Below, one piece after another: positions 1 through 12,000 of a stretch of DNA of 21,815 bases (positions within the stretch are counted from its first letter, which is position 1; each line of letters opens with the position of its first letter). The stretch covers positions 62,001 through 83,815 of the forward strand of contig JYFJ02001307.1 of assembly GCA_000934665.2 (NCBI GenBank), read 5' to 3'. The translations under genes and the position numbers were made by a program. The DNA comes from Catajapyx aquilonaris (Eukaryota). The notes beneath the pieces were generated by a model. The model had not been told where the DNA came from and made no database searches. It worked only from the letters and a program-made list of their open reading frames with translations.

Positions 1-3000
1 CTCATCCTTGAGTGCTTCTCTCCCTACCAGTTTAACAATGGTTGGCTCCCCGCCAATGGTGGCCCCAACATACACTGACCCCGGAACATCTGCTGCTCCT
101 AAGTACTTGCACCGTGGTAAGTCCAGGATTGCAGGGGGAGTTGTATCACTATCCTTTATGAATGCCTTGGGTGTCACCCGAATGACCTCTGCTGAATCAG
201 AGTGGAAGACGAATAGGTATGGCTGCTCAAAAGCTGTGGATCAAGAAGAGTTTCATAAATTGTTTTGCCCTTTGCCATTAAATGCGTGTATCAAAATTTA
301 GATCCCATCTGCATGAACAGAAATATTGCGTGAGGCAGCAAATCTTGTTAGCACCCTGATGGGGAGGACAGAGACATCGAAAGAGATGGAGTTGCCTGAG
401 GAGATTGCAAGTTTGGTTCTTCAGATGGACTAAAATTATGAAGGTTCAAAATACCATCTTGATGCAGGGTAGTCCACAAGATTTCAGCTGCTACCGATTT
501 GACTTATATTATGAACACAGGGTATTACCTAATCTCAAATGTAAGGACCATTTGTAAAAATTGTTTATTCTAAAAATAAAAATGTCATGGCCACGATCTT
601 TAACTACCACTTCACAGAACCAACACTACATCAATATAATTTTGAGATTCAGCACGATATTCTGCAAGATTATATCAAACCCTCTTGCTACCAACCCTAT
701 TCCTTCATCTGTTGGTCATTCGTTAGGTTCTCACCTGGCAGAAATTTTTAAAGCCACGAAACATGTGAAGGTCATTATACCCCCTGCCTGAACTATAGCC
801 CTATGTGGATGCTCAATGGCATTCCACTAGAATGGTTGAAGAAGGACATACAAGAGTGCCTAACCACATGGTGCTAGACATCATCTTCCTCAATATGGTG
901 GCTGTTAATAATTGGGAGTTACTTTTTGTTTTTTTTGTTTTTTTTGTTGTTTTTTTACGTTACCCCGTGCTAGGGCCATGGGCCCTTTTAGGGGGGTGGA
1001 TTACCACCATCTCCTTCAATTTTCAACTTTTTCTTCTAACTCCGGTGCAAGGAAGAAAGGACATGGGGAAAGGATAGGGATTTTTGGGGAGGGAACATGG
1101 GTGCAAGGTGCACGTCTGAATAACGGGTCATGTGCTGTTCCCCAGGAGGTTAGGTTGCCAGACACCTCCTTGGTGCAGGTCAGAGACCCTCCCGACGCAG
1201 GTGAAAGGATAGTTCCCCAGGCGGGGATCGAACCTGGGGCCTTTCACTCAGCAAGCCGTGACGTTACCATCACGGCCACCACACCTCCCCAATTGGGAGT
1301 TACTTTTTATGATTATATGGCCTAAAGGTCCCAACTTTTGATCCGGTAATATATGAAACAGACTGTAATGATAATTGTTTACTGACCAAACTGTTTGGGT
1401 GGCCTTTTCCATCCAACCTCTTTCTCCCTAGTTCTGCTTCCATAAGCATCCACAAAGAGTCCAACTGCACTGAAGCATATCAGCAGCTCTTCTGGGCCAA
1501 TGCGTACCACAGCCATTGGGCAACCTAACATGGGTGAATATGGTGGGAGGAAGGGAATCAGGGAGGAGTCAGAGGGGTCAAGAAAGTCTTCTATTGTGAT
1601 TGACTCTGTGGTTAGGTCCAGTTCCAGTAGTCGATTACTGGATGCCAAAAGAGAACCCCTCCCGGTGAGAAGCACACAAGTGCAGGGCTCTCCTCTCGGA
1701 GTGGAGAAGGAGCGCCCAATGGTATAGTTGCCAAACTCTGGGTCCCAACGAAGGAGGCTGGAATGATACAAAGCATTGCTACTTATTCAGATTGTGGTCA
1801 TTTCAACAAAGGTAAGGGTTGGGAACTTACCATAGCTTGCTGGGAGTAGCCACACATAAGTGATCTCCTCCAGCATCAAAAGTGACACACTGGGAAAGCC
1901 CATCCACTCGCTGGACTTCCACAGCTGGCTTGGAGCACCTCTGTGCTTGTGCTGATGCAATTAAAGTCACCAGACCTGTTTGTACTAGTAAGCCATCCAC
2001 AAGCAGGAGAGCCACTCCTGTGTCTTCTGCCAATTTGAAGGCTGTCACCTCTCCACTGACACCAGCAATACAGACAGTGGCACCATCATCCAGGTGCAGG
2101 GACTGCAGTCCTTCAGAGGTTCCCAGAAGCACTATCTGTGGTGTCAGTTGCAAGGCACAGTTAACTTGTAACCCAGCTGTTGCATCCAAGCGGGTAATGC
2201 CTGGCACATTTGCAATAATGGCACGCTCTGGCTTAGGGGGTGGTTCTGCAGGCTCAATGGGAGAAGCCTGAAAATTTTAAAAACATTATTCATTTCCAAT
2301 AATATTGCTAACAAATCAGTGTTCAAACTAGAAGCATTATTGAATTATTGGAAGGGCAGGAAATGTCCTATGGGTAGTATGTGAAGATACAGCTTGTTTT
2401 GCTTCAATGTGTCAAGGAAGATATTCCATGCTCCTTCCAGTTTATTAGTAAAGGTATGAGAATTCACCTCCACAGCGAAAGTCACTCTGTTCTGCTTCTG
2501 AGTTGGTCTCGGTGTTGTGGCAGATCCTGCTGATTTGTGGCTAGCTAGAGTTGCCCTCAGCTTGATCAGTTCCTCTTCCAACACTCGGCACTTTTCCCTT
2601 TCCTGATGGAGCTTACGCTCAAATGGGGCATGCCCTTCACTGCGTCCAATGATGGGTGTAGGTGGGGTGTTCTCCTTGTGCCTCACACTTCCAAACAACT
2701 TCTCAGTGAGAGTTTTTTTTCTCTTAGCCTCAGCTTCCTCTGCTCTATCCTGTAGAAACTGGATCAGCTTAGTCTGCTGAGAAAGCGTGGCTTCCATCTT
2801 CGTTTCTCTCTGACGAGTGGCTGCTTCCACCTCACTAGCTACTGCCTCCAGCTCCATGACCCTTGTCCTGTATTCCTCACATTTACCAGCTACGTCTTCT
2901 AATGCCTGAGTCAACTGACAGTTGGATTCACGAAGGCTCGCGTTTCGAGTCAGCTCCCTGGCTACCTCCTCTTTCAACTTGGTCACCTCACTTGAGTTCC

Positions 3001-6000
3001 TGGAGAAGTCACGCTCCAGGCGGGAACGGTCTACTTCTAGCTGTCCACACTCAGCTTCCATTGTGTTTGCCTTTTCCACCAACTGCAATGACATGCGAAT
3101 CAATGAACATGTGACTGCCTGGTAGGTATTCCTTCACTGCTGCTTTTAAAAATATATAATAATTAGCATGTTGCAAAATGTCTAGATTGCACACCTGCTG
3201 GGCCATTTCCCTATACTCCTCCAGCTGCTTCTCCAGCACAGATTGCCTTTCTGTGCTAGAGGCATCGATTGACTCAAGTCTTTGCTCAGCAGCCTTTGCT
3301 TTGCTCTCAGAAAAGGCTCGAAGAGACTTCTCCTCATTCACCATCTGTCTGGCCTTACGCGCATCTTCCCTCAGCTCTTCACACTGCCTTGCCAATTCAG
3401 ACCTGAAAGTAGTGAGTGTGAGTAACATCGTATCCTTCTTGCTTGGCTGCATAATTTGCCTAGAATTCCAAAAACAAAAGGCATATCAAAAGTTTCCTCA
3501 AAAGCACTCACTTTTCTTTTTCCAGATCAACAATTTCCCCATCATACTGTTTCACCAGTGTTTCGAAGTCCTTCAACTGTTCATCGAACATCGTGCAAGT
3601 ATCCTTCAGCACATTGTTGTTCTGTAATATAATTTTGTCTTTTCATTTGTCCACCTGCACTGTAATTATGACCTTCAAATGAACCTAAAAATGAGACCTG
3701 TGCACTTCAAGAAATTAACTTTGGCAAGAAAGTAACGGCTCTTCCAATATAAGGAGTAAGAAATAACATTGTTACCATTAGCTAACATCTTCATTGGTTT
3801 AGTCCTTTACTCTCTGGAACTACGACTTTCTTGATGCACTACTTACTGTAATTACCTCTTACAGGTCTCACTTTTTAAACTGTAATTATTTTCTTTATCT
3901 AACTACAAGTTTAATTGAAAAATTTAGCTGCATACCATCAATAGATCTTGAACTTTGGCACTGCACTTCCCAGCTTCTCTCCTGACCCTTTCTACCTCCT
4001 GCTGAGCTTCTCTCCATTGATCCTGAGCAGCCTTGGCCTCTGCCTCAGATTTCTTCTGTGCTCTCCTGGCCTCCTCTTCCCGTTCCTTTGCTTTCCCAGC
4101 CTCAGCCTCCCTTCTCCCTGCCTCTGCTATGGATCGATCCAATTCTGTCCTAGCACGTTGCAGATCTGCTCTCAGGGCCTCCATGTCTCTTTGCAGGTCA
4201 GTCACTTTCATGTTGGCTGTATCTAAGTCTGCTCCAATCTTTTCCTTCTCCTCTTCAACCCTTTCTTTTGCCTCTTCAGCCTCTTTGCACTTCTTGGCCA
4301 GGGCATCTGCTCTGTCTCTGGCCCTCTTTAGGGTTTGTTCCTGCCCTTTAGCCTCCCTCTCAGCCATCCGTAGATCTAACCTGGTATCCCCAGCCTCCTT
4401 CTCCTTCTTGCGAAGCTCAGTCTCCAGAGACTTGGTCTTTTCTCGCTCTAGCACCAACAATTCCCGGCTCTTCTCCAGCTGTCCCTCCAATTTCTCAATC
4501 TGTAACATGCAACCAAATCTGAATCAGTTACAGGACAGGCATTTGATACAGCACATGGAGTTAAATATTATTTCATAATACATTATGCCTATCTCAGGTC
4601 CAATTGCACTGGCTCCAGAAAAATAAATTTTGTCAGCTGAAAATCAAACTGAAATGTTTGTTATTCAAATGCAGAACAAGACCTTTCTGGTTACTTTTCA
4701 GCCGACAAATTTTTCTGGAGTCAGTGCAACAGGTCCTATGAATAAATGGAGACACTACAGCAGGAGCATCTGGTAGGTAATATTGTATATATTTTTTCAT
4801 TGGAAGGTTGGAATCAATATCAGCAAAGAGCAACTTCAACGGACATCTCAAAATTAGATCTGCCAAACTTTCAAAAATTCCACCATTAAAGACCTGTTCC
4901 CAAAGCAGCTTTTTAATGCATAATTGCTGTGACAGTGATTGGGAATGCTACAGCAAGAAAAAAGCTGCACCAGTACCTGTAGCATTCCTGGCCTGGAATA
5001 CTACTGAAATTATACATCGAAAGTGGACAGGCTCCCAGCTCTTCACGATCAGCCCCAGATCTGCTGTCGGATGTAAGAAGACCGTAACTCAAAAACTAGT
5101 AAGGGTGAAAGTTGTATACACGCCCTGCACTAATCCCCTCTGATTCACAGGGGATTAGTACAGGGCGTGCATGCGACTTTCACCCTGACTAGTCACGTGG
5201 TTTATGGACGACCCCTAAGAAGAAGTCTTCTTTATACATCTGACAGCAGAGGTAGGGGTCACATGATCAGTTCAAATACAATTCTTCCCTGCCCCCTGCC
5301 AAACTTTTTCCAAGTCGCCATGGTGTCCATGTTTACGATGATGCCATAGCCAGGGAGCATATACTACATAAGAGGCGCAAACATTCGATTTTTTTCGTCT
5401 CTCTGTTTATGGCGTTGCCAAGGCTGGCGGCCATCTTGAAGTGTGTGGTATGTCAACGAGGTATAAATAGGGTACAGGCAGGTCGTCAAGGTCCGCGGGA
5501 TCCGCCATCTTTGATGGTTTGGGCTGCCATGGCAATACACGGCAATAACAATTTACTTACCCATTTTCCAATATCGAATTCAAATTCGCGCGTGTTCTTG
5601 CCGTGTATTGCCATGGCAGCCAAAACCATCAAAGATGGCGGACCTTATTTTTGCCTGTACCCTATTTATACCTCGTTGGCATACCACACACATCAAGATG
5701 GCTGCCGGCCTTGGCAACCCCCTATAAACAGAGGGACGCGAACAACAAAGGCGCCGACAGAAGTTTGCGCCTCTTATGTAGTATATGCTCCCTGCCATAG
5801 CTGAGTGGATGCAGTTGATTTTGCAAACAGCATAATTTGACCTGGCTGTGACAGTGGCAGTGGGAGGGCGCTGTCACAGTGATCTTGTGTGTAAAAATAT
5901 ATAAAAAACTGCTTTGGGAACGAGCCTTTATGGGCTTTCCCCATACCTGCTGCTGCAACAGGTTAAGGTCCTGAGGGGAAGGTGTGTCTGTATTTTTTTC

Positions 6001-9000
6001 CTCCAAGCGCTGCACATTAGACTCGAGCCTTTGGAAGAGCTGCTCCAGCTCATGAATCCTGGCCTGATTCTCCCTCTTCTGTTCCTCCACTTGCTGCAGC
6101 TCTCTGCTCAGCTGGAACTTCTCTGCCTCCACTTCTTCAATCTGGGCTTGCAGGCGTGACACCAAATCCTCCATCTGACGCTCTTTTGTGACAAAGCTTT
6201 GTTCCTGGTGCTCCAGAGATAAATGGGACTCTTCCAGTTGGCTCTCAACCACCTACAAATATACATATATCATCTCATCATTATGCAAAAACTAAACTTG
6301 AATGTATAGGTGCATTCACTTGGGTTTACTGGAGGAACTGAAGCAATATGATCATGTGGAATGATGGACTGCATATGTTGGTTATCTTTGAAAGTTACTT
6401 TAAAGATTGCATGTGCAATGTAACAACACTATTCATGATTAATAATGCCTGATAATTCATAATAAGGCAGGTAAAATATAAATTTTACTCACACTGAGCT
6501 TGCTTCTAAGATGTGCACAGTCTTCCCTGTCCTTCGCAAGCCTCTCTCTCAGCTGCCCCTCTGCTTCCCACCTTTGCTGCAATGCCTGCATCTCAATAAG
6601 CTGGGTTCTTAGCTCATCCCTCTCCTGCCTCAGCCGCTCTGCTTGGCTTTCCAACCCATCAATCACCTTCAGGCTCTGCTGCTCCAGCTCTTCCAACTCT
6701 GCCTTACCCTTCCTCTCGGCCTCCCTGGCCTCTGCTTTTGCCAGGTCAACCTCCTTGTCCTTCTCTGTCAACCTAACTGCATGCACCTCCACTTCTTTAT
6801 CCATGTGTAGCTGCAGCTCCTGGGCTCTCTGGTGAGCAGACTGTAGTGCAGCCTCCATTTTGGTCTGCAAGCAACCAATGCTACTCCTGCGACGCTCCTT
6901 GCTCTTAGACAGGCGTGACTGGAGGTCTTGGATGCGAGCCATCAATGAGGCCTTATCTTGTTCAGCTGTGTTGGATCGTTCTTCTGCCCTTTTGGCCCTG
7001 TCCTCCATCCTTCTACCATTCTCCTTCTCTTGCTCAATCTCCCATTCCTTTGCCTTCATTCGTTCATCTTCTTCCCGCTTCCACCTGGCTTTCATTCCGT
7101 TGATCATCTCCACTGCTTTTTCCTCTGTCTCTGCCCGACGTTTGTGCTCCAAGGCAATGTGTCTGTTCAAGGTCTGAAAAATTTGTTGAAAGACACAAAT
7201 TTATTTTTAACAAATTCAGTGCTGCAGACATTGCATGTAAAAGAATAGAGTATATCCCAATGATCAATATTATCATTATGTTTTACTTCATGTCATATTC
7301 CAAAATTTTGCATCACTCTGGAGTATCCAGTGCTGAACAAGTATTTTTTTCAAGCCTGCAGTTCACTTTTTTCACACTACAGGAGGCTGGGAAGTTTTCT
7401 CACTTGACATGTCAACACCACTTGGGTTAACAGTGAACAGTGTTGTTTAATGGCTGCGTCTAGTGGCACTTATTTTACTCCAGTTGGGATGTGTAAAATG
7501 TAAACTTTTTTACTGTGCCAATGACAGCAACAACACTAGTGCACTGCAATGTTATGTGTCAATTAATAGATAGAAAAACTGTGTCACATATTTGTTTGTT
7601 ACGTTTTGATATCATGCTGAGATTCATGTCAACTTACAAGCACAAAATGGGGCAGGTGGCCTGGATCTTTCTGCATGTGATGATGCTTTCAAAAGGTTTA
7701 TTTAACCTTCAAACAAGATATACGAATCTTCGCCCATGTGCATTATCATATTCATGTGGTCGGGAGTGAAAGTCAAGGGTGCTCTCTCTTTTTGTAAAAG
7801 TGCAAAGTAACTTTAGTGTGACTGCCATTTGCAACAGGGCCTGTATTCTCGTAGAAACGATCGGCTCGTAGTGACGAATGATGACACTAGCTGAGGGGAG
7901 AGGGCGTGGCAACGAAATCGGTTGATATCAACATGTTTGAACTGGGTAGGCCCTGATCAATAATATTTGTAAACGAGTTCGGTGGGCCCCAATTCAGGAT
8001 TAATAAACAACAGGCTCGGTAGGCTCCGATTGAGGATTATAACGAGAAGGACCAATCTCAGAGAAGGATGCGAATTTGTTTGGTTTTCCCACCGAGTCTT
8101 CCTGATAGAGTCATTGTTGTTATCACCTGCTGCTTCCTCAACGTTCGGTTCATGTTGGCCGCCATATTTCTCAGTTCGAACTCAAAGCTGCTTCACAACC
8201 GAATCGTTATTGACATTACAGCACCAAATTTGGAACCGAGGGGCCTGGCAACAAAGAGCGGGGGTAAGGGGTGGGGCCTAACCGCCGGCAGTCCAATCCT
8301 GTGAAAGCAGCACAGATCAGTTCACACTATTTCAACATCATCGCTCGTCACTCGTCAGTACGAACAGATCGGCGCTGTGAGAATACAGGCCCAGAAGTTT
8401 CAATTTCCAATCTCTCAATAACCATTTACAAGAAATTTTGGCAGAAATTATGCCACTGATAGATTAAAATTTGAATATATTGATGAATTCTTCATTCATC
8501 ATCATCATCATTGACATTGTTTCTAGTGCTGCTACGGCTACTACTTGAATGATAGATTAGTCATCATGAGTTAACATTCGCACATTGTTGATTATTTTGA
8601 ACAAAGGAACTAGGCTTAAAAGGAAGGACTTACTCCCACTTGTGTCTTGTACTCAGTAGCCTTCTGGTGCAGGTTGTCTGCTTCCTGTTCCAGTTCTCGT
8701 ATCTTTGCTTGGAGCTGACTGTTGCTTGCTGAATGGTGTGAGCAGCGATCCCCCTGTCCCAATTCCATGTCTCTCAACTTAGACTGTAGGTCACGACACT
8801 CCTTCCTCCACTGGTCTAGGTCTGCCTGCGAATCCACACTCCGCCTTATACAAGCAGATGTTGTGTTCATATCGCCGTTGACAGAAGCATCCCCTTCAGC
8901 CCCATTACACTGCTGGATGAAGGTGAACCCAACAAAGGGGAGGTTCTGTCCACTAAAACCTTCCCTCTTGTTACCACTTGGGAAATCATCTACAGAGAGG

Positions 9001-12000
9001 TCTCTGGTTTCAAACTCATCAAAATTAGATGTGTCGTCCTGGCTGCTTACGTGTGGGACAAAGGGTGGGACCACTGCAAGGACAATAAGTTACGTTAGCT
9101 TGACAAAGGCCAGCCAATTGCATTGCAGTGGGAAGTTACTCAGTTGCTATGACCTGCGCTTAGCCTGAGTAACTTCCCAAAAGTTTGTCTCACCCTGATC
9201 TAAAAACAACATGAAAATACTGCACTCACCCCATGACACGAGCATTTTTCACCTGTTTATTTGAGTTCCCACAGTACTGCCACTGTGTACAGTGCTGGAC
9301 ATAATAGCAGTCCCTAATTTTTTTTCTGTTGTGGGTGGCACCAGTGTTGATGATGCTGTCACCTGTCAACCACACCGCTGGCGGGAGGAAAAGGCCAGAT
9401 TCAAACATCAGCCCATGATGGGCGCTTACAGTGTCCTTGCCATTGTTGCCACTGTTTACAGAGCGCTCGTGATGCTGGGCGACCCAGCGATGGCCTGCCT
9501 GCTTACAAAAGGCGCATTCACACGAGCGACCTTCGGCCAGGAAGTTTCCTGGCCAAAGGTCGCCAAGCCCGTTCACACGCAAGTGGCCAGGTTCGGCCAG
9601 GAAGGGAAGGTCGCCACCCGAGCCAGGAAAAGGTGGCTGAGCTGGCCATGCTCCGGAAGATGGCTAGCCATGGCCAGCGAAGGTTGCCAGGAGTAACGCA
9701 TGCGCAGTAGCGGCACTCCCAAGCGCCTCGCGATGCTCACTTGTCCCCCAACAACGTCGCTCGTGTGAACTGGTACTTTCGATTCCTGGCCAGCCGCTGG
9801 CCACGTTTCCGTATTGGCCAGAAATTCCTGGCCAAGGGTCGCTCGTGTGAATGAGCCTAAAGTAAGCGCCCATCATGGGCTGATGTTTGAATCTGCCCTT
9901 TTCCTCCTGCTGCCGACGCGGTTGCCAGGTGACAGCACCATCTACACCACAGCCATGTTTACATTGGTGAGGGGTTGTGTGTTTATCACACCAGCTCGTC
10001 AGGTAGGCCTGTGAAGTAATTCATGCCATGTGCTTATGTACTGCTTTGTTCAGCAGTGCCAAGGCTACATACCAATAATTTTTTGTCAAGCAGGCAGAGT
10101 GACAAAAAGTTGGAGTAGGCGCGAAACATACCCCCCTGCGCCACCTCTTGCGCATATAAGAATTAACCCCGCCCATATGGCATGAGAGGAGGGTCACATA
10201 GATGGCCTCAGGATCAAGCCTGGACAATAGACGATCTTATTCACTAGTGTTTTCAAGTCTCGTCCCCTAAGTACCAAAGCAAGCGAATTTTTTGCAGATC
10301 CTTGCAAAAACGCGAACGTCTTATTAGGGTTAACATCTACAGTACTTATGTAAATTGCAACAATTTTCATTACGTATAGAAACCATTTGAAGCAAATGGT
10401 TGAGCTAAAAAAAACTGCTCTCTAATAATATATCAATGATTGAAAATAACTCAATCTAACTCACAACACTCCACCTGTGTTAGAGAATACAGACAATATT
10501 TGCTCTTTGCAAGTTCAGGATTCACAAATACACCTATTCAACAAGGTGAGATAATATTCCAAAGTCACTGCACTCACTGTTTCCAATGCTGCTCCACTGA
10601 ATACCAATAAAGAACTTGTGCCTCATAATCCGATCATGTTTGAGACGTCTTCCTGCCTCGGTAAGAAGTGAAGCTACCAAATCCTTGTAGTCAGAGCTCA
10701 CTTCTGGTGAGTCAGGAAACTGGAGCTTATTCTGAAAGGCAAGGACAACTTTTATTAGCCACATTCATGCATTATTACGAACAATTGACACACATGCCAC
10801 AGCAGTTGGCCTGAGCGGTTGGCTTGTCTGAAGCTCCTGCAACCGAGTGATGTTGTGCAAACACCCCCATTTTTTTCTGGTTTCTTCGTCGTGAAAAGTG
10901 ACTAGTCTGAGGAAGTTATGGCTCCGTTGACCTGGGGAGGGCACTGGAGACCTTAAAAAAGGACCTAAGGGCAGAGATTGGACAGGACTGGAACTCTTTG
11001 GTTACATTTTTACTTGCTTTTTGGGATAGGATATGGACAGAAGGAAGCGGCTGTGGCCTATTATTTAGGAAGCAATCCCGGAATTCTCCTGGGGGGACCG
11101 TGGGAAACCACAGAAAACCACAGTCAGGGTCGCCGGCCCCGGGAATCGAACCCAGGACCTCCCGATTAGCAGTCGAACACATTATTCACTCCACCAAACT
11201 GCTTTGGTAGATGAGATGAGTTAAAAAATTATTGGCAGGGATTTGCTAATGCTAGCTTCGCCTGCCCACACTAATTCTTGTGGTTGGAAAAAAAATCCTT
11301 TCAGGGTTCCTCACAAAATGAGGTTAGTGTGCAGGTTCCACACACACAGCTGGGGTACCATATCAAGTTATGCGAATTATAAACCTGAAACTAAAGGTAG
11401 ATTATCATCATTAAAGATGCAACTTACCCTATGATTAATGATGTTGGAGCAAGTGACCGCAACTCCATCCCCAGAAAATGGTGTGGACCCATACATCATC
11501 TCATATGCAACTATGCCCAGTGACCAGTGGTCACACTCGGATCCATACGTTCTAGTACTGGAAGACATGGCAGCCAACACTTCAGGAGCAATGTAGTCTG
11601 GGGTGCCTACTGGCATCTCCCCTCCAGTGACCATCCCATCAGGACCCAGACGCGCTGCAGACCCAAAGTCAGCAAGTTTCAGGTGGCCACAACGATCCAG
11701 CAGCACATTCTCAGGTTTGATATCCCTGTGGGCATATCCCATCAGATGTAAGGCATGTATTCCAAGGGCCATTTCTGCCAAATAAAACTGGGCCATATCT
11801 GGTCGGAGCCTCCCATCAAACCGGTCCAGCAGTGCCAACAAGTCACCTCCAGGATGAAAGTCCATAACCAAGTATAGGCGTTGGGCATCTTGGAAGGCAT
11901 ACTGGAGGCCAGTGAGCCATGGAGAAGTAGCTTTTGCCATGATGTCTCGCTCTTCTTCAAAAAATGCTGAGTTGCGTTTGGAAAGAACCTCTCCCTTACG

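Noticed and set aside
735..873. Possible extra CIT exon with a strong CAG|GTGAGA donor
   Set aside because: In the required phase it contains stop codons. Exon 1757-1387 joins 233 directly to give the expected CNH ending (AFEQPYLFVF).
1215..1290. tRNA-like sequences here and at 11130-11203
   Set aside because: No convincing full cloverleaf or immediate T-run terminator; they continue into SINE bodies.
3178..7248. Several Ser/Leu-rich plus-strand ORFs (3178, 4033, 6500, 6860 and others)
   Set aside because: Antisense mirrors of Glu/Lys/Arg-rich CIT coiled-coil exons.
9511..9857. Recurrent GGCCAG(GAA) units suggestive of a CRISPR-like or tandem array
   Set aside because: Irregular spacing and mixed orientation; explained as subterminal repeats of a MITE. 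No cas genes, and the context is eukaryotic.
10163..10333. TTAA-CCC...GGG-TTAA piggyBac-like ends (also a lone TTAACCCT at about 21419)
   Set aside because: The inverted match extends only about 3 bp beyond TTAA, which is insufficient evidence.
10800..10870. A-box-like TGGCCTGAGCGG (similar TGGATCTAGTGG near 14499)
   Set aside because: No convincing B box or TSD; at most decayed SINE heads.
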